64,000 nucleotides of DNA from Phycisphaerae bacterium. GTDB taxonomy: Bacteria > Planctomycetota > Phycisphaerae > UBA1845 > Fen-1342. Position 1 is the stretch's first letter. Each line of letters begins with the position of its first letter. The position numbers were made by a program, and so were the translations under genes. Under the pieces are notes generated by a model. That model did not search any database. It was given only the letters and a program-made list of their open reading frames with translations, and was not told the origin of the DNA. The stretch covers positions 32,001 through 96,000 of the forward strand of contig JASFQK010000021.1 of assembly GCA_050115495.1 (NCBI GenBank), read 5' to 3'. Shown piece by piece: positions 63,377 through 64,000 of the stretch.

Positions 63377-64000
63377 CTACTGGCGGCGGGTACGGCGCGG
63401 GGCGCGGCGGGTTGGTTCGAGGGCGGAGGCGATCGCCGACGGGGAGACCTCGGGAACGTGCTCGCGGCCGGGGTAACGCGCCAGGAACGCCAGCCGGCGG
63501 GCGGCGGCGTAGTAACGCCCCAGGTTGTTCCAATCGAAGTGCTCGGCGTGACTCTCCACCTGGTTCCGCAACGCGATACGCTCCCGGCGGGACATACGCG
63601 TCAGGTTGTACAGCCAGGCCGTAACCTGCTCGACCGTCGCCGCGAAGCTCACGCCTCGCCGGCGGGCGACGTACAAGCCGCGCTCGTCGTGGCCGGGGAA
63701 GTTCTCCATGACGTAAGCGCCGAAGCCGCTGAGATCGCTGGTGATCGCCGGCACGCCGCGAACGAGGCACTCCAGCGGCGTGTAGCCCCAGGGCTCGTAG
63801 TACGAGGGGAAGACGCCGAGGTGGCAGCCGCGAACGAAACGGTCGTAGTCCATGCCCAGCAGCGGCGAGGTGACCGACATGAAGTCGGGGTGATAGACGA
63901 CCTTCACGCGGTCCTCGGGCATGTTCCACAGGCCGCGATAGCGAAGGTGCCCGAGGATTGGGTCGCCCGCATCGTCGACGAGGTCGTGTGTGACGATGGT
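63377..64000 (-). CDS. GT3 (eukaryote-type) glycogen synthase, C-terminal part (5' truncated by window)
   Basis: DRVKVVYHPDF, FVRGCHLGVFPSYYEPWGYTPLEC. Confidence 0.92.
   Translation of the reverse strand, partial: TIVTHDLVDDAGDPILGHLRYRGLWNMPEDRVKVVYHPDFMSVTSPLLGMDYDRFVRGCHLGVFPSYYEPWGYTPLECLVRGVPAITSDLSGFGAYVMENFPGHDERGLYVARRRGVSFAATVEQVTAWLYNLTRMSRRERIALRNQVESHAEHFDWNNLGRYYAAARRLAFLARYPGREHVPEVSPSAIASALEPTRRAPRRTRRQ

Noticed and set aside
62427..63929. 500-aa minus-strand ORF
   Set aside because: Off-frame to the glycogen synthase and reads through translated palindromic repeats

Overview
GC-rich bacterial chromosomal window. The gene content (PEP-CTERM and dockerin-like exported proteins, TTQP/TSQP linkers, a GT3 glycogen synthase, CxxCGY-x-L zinc-ribbon membrane proteins) suggests a planctomycete, probably Phycisphaerae; this is an inference. 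About 46 credible CDS are present: rsmA; an acyl-CoA ligase followed by two CoA-transferase/GNAT fusions; an ECF/anti-sigma/periplasmic-sensor locus; two lamin-tail-domain genes flanking an OmpR-type two-component system; a tandem array of four exported beta-propeller paralogues; a B12 radical SAM; a TIR-STAND-TPR protein; three S1-protease-like lipoproteins; tpx; an OprB porin; an M6-like metalloprotease; a DUF2961 protein and a GT-C membrane protein. A probable 6S RNA and several palindromic repeat families are also present. No CRISPR, rRNA, tRNA, transposase, integrase or reverse transcriptase was seen. Best leads: (1) the propeller array ends in an Ig-like/TlpA gene interrupted by a single in-frame UGA, a selenocysteine/readthrough candidate; (2) a tandem pair of an intact and a triad-dead S1 protease lipoprotein; (3) three cases of small genes bracketed by two copies of the same palindromic element; (4) two promoter motifs found by eye (OmpR-type and ECF-type) that each define a local regulon; (5) a TIR-STAND with a compositionally distinct sensor segment. 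All family calls come from motif recognition by eye, not from database searches.
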